Made by a program: the position numbers and the translations under genes. From Ranitomeya imitator (Eukaryota): DNA of 64,000 bases. The notes beneath the pieces were generated by a model. It was not told where the DNA came from. It saw only the letters and a program-made list of their open reading frames with translations, and made no database searches. Position 1 is the stretch's first letter; each line of letters starts with the position of its first letter. Below are positions 37,674 through 49,595 of the stretch, in pieces. The DNA lies in contig NC_091283.1 of assembly GCF_032444005.1 (NCBI RefSeq), forward strand, positions 304,916,001 through 304,980,000. The letters are read 5' to 3'.

Positions 37674-38050
37674 AATGCGTCATCCAGTTGGTGTTCAATA
37701 TTTAATAGGGTCTTGCTATAAATCTTAGTGAAAGTTCCATGATTTTATTTGAGCTTTTATTGCAAATATTTCCCAATTATTGATGAACTCCTGGTCCTCA
37801 ATAAGAGAAGAAGGTCTCACACGTATCCGCAATCCTCTCAGGATTCATTGTTGGGGAAGATCATTTCCAGGAAAGCTTTGTTCCTCCAGGTTTTGGTTCG
37901 TATAAAGAGTAGATTGTTCTATCAAAACGTTAAAATGCTTCATACTCTGAGCCCCAGAGCCGCCAGTTGGTGGTTTGTTATTGGAAACCGGATTTACGTG
38001 TCCGAGCAAAGACTGTTCCTGGGCTTTGTAGTCCATGGTCTTTAGCAAGA
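37674..38050 (-). pseudogene. Penelope-like ORF N-terminal fragment, piece 1 of 4
   Basis: Frameshifted MDYKAQEQS..., KTWRNKAFLE, LRGLRIRVRPSSLIEDQEFINNWENICNKSSNKIMEL, YSKTLLNIEHQLDDAF; family assignment from recalled amphibian PLE motifs. Confidence 0.5.
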
Positions 38051-38239
38051 TGCCCTGTGCGGATCAGAGTATAATATTAGGAAGAAGGAAAAAGACACAA
38101 GGCGATAATACACAGAAGGGAAAAATAGAGCGGAAATATTGGGGAACAAAACATGGAATATTCAGATGGATCCAATCATTGTTTTATACAAAGTCCACTT
38201 AATAAACGAACCAAAACATTGAACAAAGGTTGGCTCCAT

Positions 38240-38880
38240 ACACACACTGCTCCACTACATACACCTCGTAACCACACAGCTCTGCTCCATAAACCTCGTA
38301 CACACACGGTTCTGCTACAGACACTTCGTAATGACACGGCTCCGACTATACACCTCGTAACCACACTGCTCAGACTACATACACCTCGTACACACGTGGC
38401 AGCCCCTCTATAGGCCCCTCACACACATGGCTTCGCTCCATACACATGGCTCTGCTCCGTACGCCTCGTACACACGCGGCTCCGCTCCGTACACCTCGTA
38501 CACACGCGGCTCCTCACACGTCATACACACGCGGCTCCGCTCCGTATACCTCGTACACACACGGCTCCGCTCCGTACACCTCGTAAACACGTGGCTCTGC
38601 ACACCTTGTACACACACGCCTCTGCTCCGTACACCTTGTACACACACGCCTCTGCTCCGTACACCTTGTACACATACGGCTCCGCTCCATACACCTCGTA
38701 CACGCACGGTTCTGCTCTGTACACTTCGTACATGCACAGCTAAGCTCTGTACACACACGGCTCTGCTCCATACACCTCATACACACATGGCTTCGCTCCG
38801 TACACCTCGTACACACACGGCTCCACGCCGTACACCTCGTACATACATGGCTCCGTACACACGTGGCTCTGCTACAACCA
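38240..38880 (+). repeat. About 29-30-bp minisatellite
   Basis: Unit like cggctccgctccgtacacctcgtacacacg repeated with variants. Confidence 0.85.
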
Positions 38881-38959
38881 CACTGTAAACCCCTCCTGAC
38901 CCCACACATAAACTTCCCCTCATCCAGCACCATGACAACCAGCACAGCAGAGTCCTGCA

Positions 38960-39072
38960 TACACTGAGGCCCTGATCATGTGACCCCTGACTCCTCCCCT
39001 CCTGTGACCTCATCACAGGTCCTGTGCGCACAGTGCAGCCATATATGTGGAGTGCGGCTCTGCAGGTGGAGG
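38960..39072 (+). promoter_or_regulatory. Possible promoter / non-coding first exon of the KRAB-ZNF gene
   Basis: ctgatcatgtgacccctgactcctcccctcctgtgacctcatcacaggtcct... resembles sequence recalled upstream of frog ZNF-cluster genes; no direct proof in this window. Confidence 0.25.
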
Positions 39073-39430
39073 GTCCACACCAGAACTGTAGTAGGTAAAG
39101 ACCCCAATATCCACAGGTGTCCCTTCTAATTGGGGGGAAACTATCACCTCTAATAATCCTCGGACAGTTCTGACAAACACAGTAAAGTGCCCCTTTATGG
39201 AGGTGACAGAAAGTCTGTTTAGTCCCTTTAGCTTCATAGTATCAGCTCTAATCCAATGGTGAGAGAGCGATTTACCCTGAAGAGTCACAGATTGTGGGGT
39301 TGTTATAAAATGTTATATTTAGGGGGTTTGTGTTGTCTCCTTATAAGAATCACAATGGTTTTGTTCCTTTTCCGCTGATAGATACAAACGACCCAACTAT
39401 GAAAGACGGGAACCAAGGAAACCTGTATTA

Positions 39431-39768
39431 GGCCAGGTTCACATTGCGTTAGTACAGTCCGATCAACACATACGTTAAACGGACTGCGCTGACGCAAGTG
39501 CCGACTTTGCACAGCGCTAGCGCAGATGGAGCATATGCTAGCTCTATCTGCGCTAGCGGTGACGGACCCGGAAATGCTGCAGCCGGCGTCTCGGGTCCGT
39601 CACTCAATGTCTGATGCATCGCTAGCGCATGCCCATTGTGGGCGTGCGCTAGTGATGCGTCCGACATTGCATTCAATGGCGCCATTAACGGACTACGTTA
39701 CACCGCGTTATGCCGCGGTGTAACGTAGTCCGTTAAACGGAGACACTGAACGCAATGTGAACCTAGCC
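39431..39768. mobile_element. PIF/Harbinger-type MITE
   Basis: TIR ggccaggttcacattgcgtt / aacgcaatgtgaacctagcc; TSD tta (39428-39430, 39769-39771). Confidence 0.85.
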
Positions 39769-40539
39769 TTACTCTCATAGTACAGTATAATGTTTTCCCA
39801 GAACCTCCATTCCTAATTTTATTTTTGTAACATTTTAACACCTGTTTTGTTTGGGTGTTTTTTATGTAATATGTGAAAGTCTACAGATAAATGCCAAAAA
39901 AAACCCTCCATTATATTTATAAACTTGTTGTTCTTACAAAAAAAATCTATATAATTGTCTATGGGCCACTTCCATCTGTCTGTCCTTCCTTATGTCACGG
40001 TTATTCATTCGCTGATTGGTCTCGCCAGCTGCCTGTCATGGCTGCCGCGACCAATCAGCGATGGGCAGAGTCCGGAAGAAAATGGCCGCTCCTTACTCCC
40101 CGCAGTCAGTGCCTGTCGCCCGCATACTCCCCTCCGGTCACCGCTAACACAGGGTTAATGCCGGCGGTAATGGACTGCGTTATGCTGCAGGTAACGCACT
40201 CCGTTATCGCCGCTATTAACCCTGTGTGTCCCCAACTTTTTACTATTGACGCTGCCTATGCGGCATCAATAGTAAAAAATGTAATGTTAAAAATAACTAA
40301 AAAAAAACAAAAACTGCTATACTCACCCTCCGTTGCAGCTCGCCCCAGCCGCCATCTTAAGGTCGCAGGTTCCAGTGGCAGAAGGACCTGCCATGACGTC
40401 ATGGTCATGTGACCGCGACGTCATCACAGGTCCTGCGCTAATATCAACCCTGGGACCGGAACCTGCCGTGGACTACAAGCGGCCCTCGGAAAGGGGAGTA
40501 TATGTTTATTTTTTATTTTTTCACCTGTGACAAACCTGG

Positions 40540-42495
40540 CTGGGCAATATACTACGTGACTGGCCAATATACTACGTGGCTCTGTGCTGTATACTACTTC
40601 GCTGTGCAATATACTACGTGGCTGGGCAATATACTATGTCACTGGGCAATATACTACGTGGCTTTGTGCTGTATACTACGTCACTGGGCAATATACTACG
40701 TGGGCTGTGCAATATACTACGTAGCTCGGCAATATACTATGTAACTGGGCAATATACTATGTGGCTGGGCAATATACTACGTCACTGGGCAATGTACTAC
40801 GTGGCTGGGCAATATACTACGTCACTGGGCAATATACTACGTCACTGGGCAATATACTACGTGGCTGGGCAGTATACTACGTGGCTCTGTGCTGTATACT
40901 ACGTCACTGGGCAATATACTACATGGCTGCGCAATATACTACGTAACTGGGCAATATACTATGGCTGGGCAATATACTACGTCACTAGGCAATATACTAC
41001 GTCACTGGGCAATATACTACGTCACTGGGCAATATACTACGTCACTGGGCAATATACTACGTCGGCTGTGCAATATACTACGTCACTGGGCAATATACTA
41101 CGTCGGCTGTGCAATATACTACGTCACTAGGCAATATACTACGTAACTGGGCAATATACTACGTGGCTGGGCAATATACTACGTCACTAGGCAATATACT
41201 ACGTGGCTGGCCAATATACTACGTCACTGGGCAATATACTATGTGGCTGGCCAATATACTGCGTCACTGGGCAATATACTACGTGGCTGGGCAATATACT
41301 ACGTGGCTCTGTGCTGTATACTACGTCACTGGGCAATATACTACATGGCTGCGCAATATACTACGTAACTGGGCAATATACTATGGCTGGGCAATATACT
41401 ACGTCACTAGGCAAAATACTACGTGGCTGGCCAATATACTACGTCACTGGGCAATATACTACGTCACTGGGCAATATACTACGTCGGCTGTGCAATATAC
41501 TACGTCACTGGGCAATATACTACATCGGCTGTGCAATATACTACGTCACTAGGTAATATACTACGTAACTGGGCAATATACTACGTCACTGGGCAATATA
41601 CTACGTCGGCTGTGCAATATACTACGTCTCTAGGCAATATACTACGTAACTGGGCAATATACTACGTGGCTGGGCAATATACTACGTCACTAGGCAATAT
41701 ACTACGTGGCTGGCCAGTATACTACGTCGCTGGGCAATATACTACGTGGCTGCGCAATATACTACGTGGCTGGCCAATATACTACGTCACTGGGCAATAT
41801 ACTACGTGGCTGGGCAATATACTACGTGGCTCTGTGCTGTATACTATGTCACTGGGCAATATACTACGTGGCTGGGCAATATACTACGTGGCTGGGCAAT
41901 ATACTATGTGCCTCTGTGCTGTATACTACGTCACTGGGCAATATACTACGTAGCTGGGCAATATACTACGTAGCTGGGCAATATACTACGTGTCTGGGCA
42001 ATATACTACGTGGCTCTGCTGTATACTACGTCACTGGGCAATATACTACATGGCTGGGCAATATACTACGTGGCTGGGCAATATACTACGTGGCTGGGCA
42101 ATATACTACGTGGCTCTGTGCTGTATACTACGTCACTGGGCAATATACTACGTCACTGGGCAATATACTACGTGGCTGCGCAATATACTACGTAACTGGG
42201 CAATATACTATGTGGCTGGGCAATATAGTACGTGACTGGGCAATATACTACGTGGGCTGTGGAATATACTACGTCACTGGGCAATATACTACGTGGCTGG
42301 CCAATATATTACATCACTGGGCAATATACTACGTGGCTGTGCAATATACTACGTAGCTCGACAATATACTACGTGGCTGGGCAATATACTACGTGGCTGG
42401 GCAATATACTACGTGGCTGGGCAATATACTACGTGGCTGGGCAATATACTACGTGGCTGGACAATATATTACGGGGCTGGGCAATATACTACGTG
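40540..42495 (+). repeat. 20/21-bp tandem satellite, about 2 kb (roughly 90-95 units by length)
   Basis: Units gggcaatatactacgt[cact|ggct|aact] with periodic ctctgtgctgtatact variants. Confidence 0.95.
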
Positions 42496-42575
42496 GAAAA
42501 GCAAGTGCTAGTCAAAAAATAAAAAAATACAGGGTATTTAGTTAATACGTTTTTTTGCAAAAAAATGTATGTTAA

Positions 42576-43372
42576 AGGGCCACTGTCACCCCTTCCAGCC
42601 GTTATAAACTAAAAGAGCCACCTTGTGCAGCAGTAATGCTGCAGTCTAACACGGTGACTCTTTTAGTTTTTGTTGCTGATATTCCCACAATAAAGGTATT
42701 TATAATTTTGCTCAAATACCTGTCTTTGTCCATGGAGGCGGGTCTGAAGCCTCCTCTTTGAAGCGCCCAACTGCCATCAGTCATCTCTTCTGGGGCGATT
42801 GTCGCCGCCACCTCAGCACTGTTATTGTCCGAAATCCGGCGCCTGCGCTCTGCTCTTCTGCCTGGAGCAGGCGCATAGAGCAGCGGCCGTCCTATCTCTG
42901 ATGCCAGGTTCCGGTCTGCGCCTGTGCGGGCAGTGCGGCCACCCTGTTACTGAATCCCCGCCCCGCACTGTGTTATGCATTATGCACAGTGCGGGGCGGG
43001 GATTCAGCAACAGGGTGGCCGCACAGGCGCAGACCGGAACCCGGCATCAGAGCTAGGACGGCCGCTGCTCTATGCGCCTGCTCCAGGCAGAAGAGCAGAG
43101 CGCAGGCGCCGGATTTCGGACCATAACAGTGCTGAGGGGGCGGCGACAATCGCCCCAGAAGAGATGACTGATGGCAGTTGGGCGCTTCAAAGAGGAGGCT
43201 TCAGACCCGCCTCCATGGACAAAGACAGGTATTTGAGCAAAATTATAAATACCTTTATTGTGGGAATATCAGCAACAAAAACTAAAAGAGTCACCTTGTT
43301 AGACTGCAGCATTACTGCTGCACAAGGTGGCTCTTTTAGTTTATAACGGCTGGAAGGGGTGACAGTGGCCCT
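42576..43372. mobile_element. Kolobok/T2-type MITE, 797-bp near-perfect palindrome
   Basis: TTAA-agggccactgtcacc ... ggtgacagtggccct-TTAA; both strands give almost the same conceptual peptide (42602-42811 vs 42975-43346), showing arm identity; centre about 42978. Confidence 0.88.
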
Positions 43373-44399
43373 TTAAGCTGCTCCACCAAAAATTTTCATT
43401 TTTTGACTAGCACTTGCTTATTTACTGTGACCTTTTTTACAACAGAGTATTTTTGACCTCTCTGTGCGCTTTTGTGTCTTCAAGTTCTTTGGTGGTGGTG
43501 GTGGTGTTCACTGTGCAAGTAGCCCATGTGTTTTTGAATCTATAATTGTTCTCTTGTTTTCTACAAGACTGGGGAGTCCATCACTCCTCTGTGGGCCATT
43601 TGCATTGTAGCTGTTCCATCCTGCACGTCCACATGGATATTCCTTCTCTGAACCCTGCTTATACAGGTACTATACAGATGATCAGGTTTTTAAATACATC
43701 AGATGGGGATTATATACATTAGATAGGACTGCTCTATTATGGGTATACCTTGGCGATTGGTGGAGCAGCTTAGTATACATTTTTTGGCAAAAAAAGTGTT
43801 ACCGTGTATACTAGAGTATAAACCGAGATTTTCTGCCCAAATTTTTGGGCTGAAAGTGCCCCTCTCGGCTTATACTCGAGTCACGGTCTGTGGCAAGGTC
43901 GGCGGGTGAGGGGGAGAGAGGATTGTTGCATACTCACCTAGTCCCGGTGCTCCTGACGCTCCCCCTGCCTGTCACACTGTCTCAGGGTGCCGCAGCTCTT
44001 CCCCTGTTCAGCGGTCACATGGGACCGCTTATTAAACTTATGAATATGGACTCCACTCCCATAGGGGTGGAGCCGCATATTCATTCCTCTAATGAGGGGT
44101 GCCAGTGATCACTGACAGAGGAAGAGCTACGGCACCCGGAGACAGTGTGACAGGCAGGGGGAGCGTCAGGAGCGCCGGGACTAGGTGAGTATTTTATATT
44201 CACCTGTCCACGTTCCACCCGCCGGGCGCCGCTCAGTCTTCCCGTCCACTTGCACTGACTGTTCAGGTCAGAGGGCGCGATGACGTACTAGTGTGCGCGC
44301 CGCCCTCTGCCTGAACAGTCAGTGCGGAGAGACGCCGAGACGGGATGCTGAGGAGCTGCAAGCAAGAGAGGTGAGTATGTGTTTTTTTTTTTTTTATTG

Positions 44400-44826
44400 C
44401 AGCAGCAGCAGCGTTATATATGGCACAGCTTTATGTGGAGCATCTATGGGGCCATAATGAACGGTGCAGAGCATTATATATGGCACAGCTTTATGTGGAG
44501 CATCTATGGGGCCATAATGAACGGTGCAGAGCATTATATATGGCACAGCTTTATAAGGAGCATCTATGGGGCCATAATGAATGGTACAGAGCATTATATA
44601 TGGGGCACAGCTTTATAAGGAGCATCTATGGGGCAATAATGAATGGTGCAGAGCATATATGGCAGAGCTTTATAAGGAGCATCTATGGGGCCATAATGAA
44701 CGGTGCAGAGCATATATGGCAGAGCTTTATAAGGAGCATCTATGGGGCCATAATGAACAGTGCAGAGCATATATGGCAGAGCTTTATAAGGAGCATCTAT
44801 GGGGCCATAATGAACGGTGCAGAGCA
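44400..44826 (+). repeat. About 60-bp satellite, left part
   Basis: Unit ggcacagctttat(gt/aa)ggagcatctatggggccataatgaacggtgcagagcattatatat. Confidence 0.9.
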
Positions 44827-46471
44827 TTAGGTCCATATATATTTGGACAGAGACAACATTTTTCTAATTTTGGTTATAGACATTACCACAATGAATTTTA
44901 AACAAAACAATTCAGATGCAGTTGAAGTTCAGACTTTCAGCTTTCATTTGAGGGTATCCACATTAAAATTGGATGAAGGGCTTAGGGGTTTCAGCTCCTT
45001 AACATGTGCCACCCTGTTTTTAAAGGGACCAAAAGTAATTGGACAGATTCAATAATTTTAAATAAAATGTTCATTTTTAGTACTTGGGTTGAAAACCCTT
45101 TGTTGGCAATGACTGCCTGAAGTCTTGAACTCATGGACATCACCAGACGCTGTGTTTCCTCCCTTTTGAAGCTCTGCCAGGCCTTCACTGCGGTGGTTTT
45201 CAGTTGCTGGTTGTTTGTGGGCCTTTCTGTCTGAAGTTTATTCTTTAACAAGTGAAATGCATGCTCAATTGGGTTGAGATCAGGTGACTGACTTGGCCAT
45301 TCAAGAATATTCCACTTCTTTGCTTTAATAAACTCCTGGGTTGCTTTGGCTTTGTGTTTTGGGTCATTGTCCATCTGTAGTATGAAACGATGACCAATCA
45401 GTTTGGCTGCATTTGGCTGGATCTGAGCACACAGTATGGCTCTGAATACCTCAGAATTCATTCGGCTGCTTCTGTCCTGTGTCACATCATCAATAAACAC
45501 TAGTGACCCAGTGCCACTGGCAGCCATGCATGCCCAAGCCATCACACTGCCTCCGCCGTGTTTTACAGATGATGTGGTATGCTTTGGATCATGAGCTGTA
45601 CCACGCCTTCACCATACTTTTCTCTTTCCATCATTCTGGTAAAGATTGATCTTGGTTTCATCTCTCCAAAGAATGTTATTCCAGAACTCTGCTGGCTTTT
45701 ATAGATGTTTTTTAGCAAAGTCCAGTCTAGCCTTTTTATTCTTGATGCTTATGAGTGGCTTGCACCGTGCAGTGAACCCTCTGTATTTACTTTCATGCAG
45801 TCTTCTCTTTATGGTAGATTTGGATATTGATACGCCGACCTCCTGGAGAGTGTTGGTCACTTGGTTGGCTGTTGTGAAGGGGTTTCTCTTCACCATGGAG
45901 ATTATTCTGTGATCATCCACCTCTGTTGTCTTCCGTGGGCGCCCAGGTCTTTTTGCATTAATGAGTTCACCAGTGCTTGCTTTCTTTCTCGGGATGTACC
46001 AAACTGTAGATTTTGCCACTCCTAATATTGTAGCAATTTCTTGGATGTTTTTTTCTGTTTTCGCAGCTTAAGGATGGCTTGTTTCACCTGCATGGAGAGC
46101 TCCTTTAACCGCATGTTTACTTCACAGCAAAACCTTCCAAATGCAAGCACCACACCTCAAATCAACTCCAGGCCTTTTATCAGCTTAATTGAGAATGACA
46201 TAACGAAGGGATTGCCCACACCTGTCCATGAAATAGCCTTGGAGTCAATTGTCCAATTACTTTTGGCCCCTTTAAAAACAGGGTGGCACATGTTAAGGAG
46301 CTGAAACTCCTAAACCCTTCATCCAATTTTAATGTGGATACCCTCAAATGAAAGCTGAAAGTCTAAACTTCAACTGCATCTGAATTGTTTTGTTTAAAAT
46401 TCGTTGTGGTAATGTCTATAACCAAAATTAGAAAAATGTTGTCTCTGTCCAAATATATATGGGCCTAACTG
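44827..46471 (-). mobile_element. Tc1 element C, 1.65 kb, inserted in the 60-bp satellite
   Basis: TIRs of about 230 bp (ttaggtccatatatatttggacagagac / gtctctgtccaaatatatatgggcctaactg-TA); first bases of the left TIR missing. Confidence 0.9.
45078..46114 (-). pseudogene. Tc1 DD34E transposase with stops and small indels
   Basis: HTH region, GRPRKTT, WRDETK, QMDNDPKH and 34 residues to the E of SPDLNPIE; two in-frame stops between 45545 and 45701. Confidence 0.9.
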
Positions 46472-47960
46472 TATGGCACAGCTTTATGTGGAGCATCTAT
46501 GGGGCCATAATGAACGGTGCAGAGCATTCCATATGGCACAGCTTTATGTGGAGCATCTATGGGGCCATAATGAACGGTGCACAGCATTCTATATGGCACA
46601 GCTTTATGTGGAGCATCTATGGAGCCATAATGAACGGTGCAGAGCATTCTATATGCCACAGCTTTATAAGGAGCATCTATGGGGCCATAATGAATGGTGC
46701 CGAGCATATATGGCAGAGCTTTATAAGGAGCATCTATGGGGCCATAATGAACGGTGCAGAGCATTCTATATGGGGCACAGCTTTATAAGGAGCATCTATG
46801 GGGCCATAATGAACGGTGCAGAGCAATATATATGGGGCACAGCTTTATAAGGAGCATCTATGGGGCCATAATCAACAGTGCAGAGCATTATATATGGCAC
46901 AGCTTTATGTGGAGCATCTATGGGGCCATAATGAACGGTGCAGAGCAATATATATGGGGCACAGCTTTATAAGGAGCATCTATGGAGCCATAATGAATGG
47001 TACAGAGCATTATATATGGGGCACAGCTTTATAAGGAGCATCTATGGGGCCATAATGAACGGTGCAGAGCATTCTATATGGGGCACAGCTTTATAAGGAG
47101 CATCTATGGGGCCATAATGAATGGTGCAGAGCATTCTATATGGCACAGCTTTATAACGAGCATCTATGGGGCCATAATGAACGGTGCAGAGCATTCTATA
47201 TGGGGCACAGCTTTATAAGGAGCATCTATAGGGCAATAATGAACTGTGCAGAGCATTATAAATGGGGCACAGCTTTATAAGGAGCATCTATGGGGCCATA
47301 ATGAACGGTGCAGAGCAATATATATATAGCACAGCTTTATAAGGAGCATCTATGGGTCCATAATGAACAGTGCAGAGCATTCTATATAGCACAGCTTTAT
47401 ATGGAGCATCTATGGGGCCATAATGAACGGTGCAGAGCATTATATATGGCACAGCTTTATGTGGAGCATCTATGGGGCCATAATGAACGGTGCAGAGCAT
47501 TCTATATGGGGCACAGCTTTATGTGGAGCATCTATGGGGCCATAATAAACGGTGCAGAGCATTATATATGGCACAGCTTTATATGGAGCATCTATGGGGC
47601 CATAATGAACGGTACAGAGCATTCTATATGGGGCACAGCTTTATGTGGAGCATCTATGGGGCCATAATAAACGGTGCAGAGCATTATATATGGCACAGCT
47701 TTATATGGAGCATCTATGGGGCCATAATGAACGGTGCAGAGCATTATATATGGGGCACAGCTTTATGTGGAGCATCTATGGGGCCATAATGAACGGTGCA
47801 GAGCATTATATATGGGGCACAGCTTTATGTGGAGCATCTATGGGGCCATAATGAACGGTGCAGAGCATTCTATATGGTACAGCTTTATGTGGAGCATCTA
47901 TGGGGCCATAGTGAACGGTGCAGAGCATTATATATGGGGCACAGCTTTACATGGAGCATC
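46472..47960 (+). repeat. About 60-bp satellite, right part
   Basis: Same unit as 44400-44826, roughly 24 copies by length. Confidence 0.9.
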
Positions 47961-48826
47961 TATTTTTATTTTTGAAATTCACCGGTAGCTGCTGCATTTT
48001 CCACCCTAGGCTTATACTAGAGTCATTAAGTCTTCCCAGTTTTTTGTGGCAAAACTAGGGGGGTCGGCTTATACTCGAGTATATATGGTAACTAAATACC
48101 CTGTGTTTTTTTCCTTTTTTTGACTAGCACTTGCTTATTTACTGTGACCTTTTTTACAACAGAGTATTTTTGACCTCTCTGTGCGCTTTTGTGTCTTCAA
48201 ATATACTACGTGGACAGGATATTCTAGAATACCCGATGCGTTAGAATCGGGCCACCATCTAGTCTTTTCTAAAAGCCTCAAACTTCTGTGTGTGAATCAG
48301 ACATGAGATCTAACGTGATAGAAGATTACAGTGCGGGGAAGACGGGAAACCTTCATATAGACGGCCGGTGGTGATGGAGTCAGTGACGGACTCTGGACAA
48401 ATCTGTTTCTAGAGCCGTAGTAGAAGATGAAGATGTCGTCCTCATCATGAAGTAGTTATTTCTCCTGTCACGTGTAATGAATATCTCCTGCAGTATTGCT
48501 AATGTCGATTCCAGGGTCGGTAAATGAGACGAGAATTAGCGTTATGGAAGATGAGTCTATGAGAATCGTATTCAGCTGCCGACTCCGAGGGAGAAACTGC
48601 TTGTTGTCTGTGGCCTAAAATATATAGGTTTTATTAGTAGATGTAGAGAAGAAAACTAAATACTGTAAAATAATCTCATGTTTCACTTATCTCCAGTAAT
48701 TGTATTATTACACAGGATTTTTATGATGTTACATCAGCTCATCTTCTCATTCAGGTCCCTACAATATCGGATCCTCTCAGTGAAGATCTTCTATATAAGA
48801 GAATTTTCCTAATTTACCCATCAAAG

Positions 48827-48904
48827 ATGGATATGGACAGAGACAAGATGGTGGAGAGGATATTACACCTCACCCTAGAGATCCTCTTCCGGCTTACTGG
48901 AGAG
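48827..48904 (+). CDS. KRAB-ZNF gene coding exon 1 (exon begins 48755)
   Basis: ag acceptor 48753-48754; MDMDRDKMVERILHLTLEILFRLTGE; donor gtgaga at 48905. Typical N-terminus of amphibian oocyte/gastrula zinc-finger proteins. Confidence 0.85.
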
Positions 48905-49033
48905 GTGAGAGATTCTGATGACGTCACATTACATCATTCTTATCTATGGGAATAACAGATGGACAGAAATGGAGAGGTGAGGACTCTGGAAATGTCTGTA
49001 GTGAGATTTATTAATGTATCTCTCCATAACCAG

Positions 49034-49213
49034 GATTACACAGTAGTGAAGAAGACCTCTAGTGATCGCTGTCAGGACCCTGTGTCTGAGGGATGGGGAA
49101 GACCCCTGAGCCCAATCGTGTGGCCTCCACTTTACCCCCTGATCCATGAGGACATCAATGACCAGAAGATCCTTGAACTCATCTACAAGATGATTGAGCT
49201 GCTGACTGGAGAG
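49034..49213 (+). CDS. KRAB-ZNF gene coding exon 2
   Basis: cag acceptor; DYTVVKKTSSDRCQ...DINDQKILELIYKMIELLTGE (60 codons, phase 0/0); gtgac donor. Confidence 0.85.
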
Positions 49214-49295
49214 GTGACACTGCTGGGAATGCTCGGACATTATACAGTGACGCTATGAAGGGATCGGGGGATGACGGTATCATTGTATGTGTCAG

Positions 49296-49419
49296 GTTCC
49301 TATAAGGTGTCAGGATGTCGCTGTCTATTTCTCCATGGAGGAGTGGGAGTATTTAGAAGGACACAAAGATCTGTACAAGGACGTCATTATGGAGATTCCC
49401 CAGCTCCTCACATCACCAG
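49296..49419 (+). CDS. KRAB-ZNF gene coding exon 3 (KRAB-A-like box)
   Basis: [33 protein letters not shown]; DVAVYFSxEEW is the KRAB-A signature; cag acceptor, gtaat donor. Confidence 0.88.
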
Positions 49420-49497
49420 GTAATAGACAGGACTAAATACACATATAATTATCTGTATGTAAAGAATGAATTCATTCCCTGTATGTGTTTCCTTCAG

Positions 49498-49595
49498 ATC
49501 TATCCAGTAAGAGGACAACACCAGGGAGATGTCCCCGTCCTCTTCTTCCACAGGACTGTAAACAAGAAGATCCCAATGTTCCTCAGGATCATCAG
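49498..49595 (+). CDS. KRAB-ZNF gene coding exon 4
   Basis: ttccttcag acceptor; DLSSKRTTPGRCPRPLLPQDCKQEDPNVPQDHQ in phase with exon 3; gtagat donor. Later exons, including the zinc fingers, are not seen. Confidence 0.8.

Larger units (their letters stand above)
43802..48088. mobile_element. Non-autonomous Tc1/mariner-superfamily (Tc2/pogo-like) element carrying a 60-bp satellite
   Basis: TA-ccgtgtatactagagtataaaccga ... tcggcttatactcgagtatatatgg-TA; internal hairpin 43931-44191. Confidence 0.7.
39946..48262 (+). mobile_element. Non-autonomous Helitron-like element with internal satellite and nested insertions
   Basis: 5' A|TC at 39945/39946; 3' hairpin cccgat-gcgttaga-atcggg (48232-48251) then CTAG|T (48259-48263); one satellite unit (aatatactacgtgg) resumes at 48200 just before the 3' end. 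Confidence 0.72.

Noticed and set aside
38408-38960. Cys/His-rich repetitive ORFs that look like zinc fingers
   Set aside because: Translations of a 29-30-bp minisatellite; no C2H2 spacing or TGEKP linkers.
39013-39288. 91-aa minus-strand ORF
   Set aside because: No motif recognised; probably a degraded retroelement fragment.
40540-42495. Regular short repeats resembling a CRISPR array
   Set aside because: Units are head-to-tail with no unique spacers, there are no cas genes, and the context is vertebrate; it is a satellite.
44379-47988. Repetitive His/Tyr-rich ORFs (EHLWGHNERCRA)
   Set aside because: Products of the 60-bp satellite in several frames; no start or splice context.
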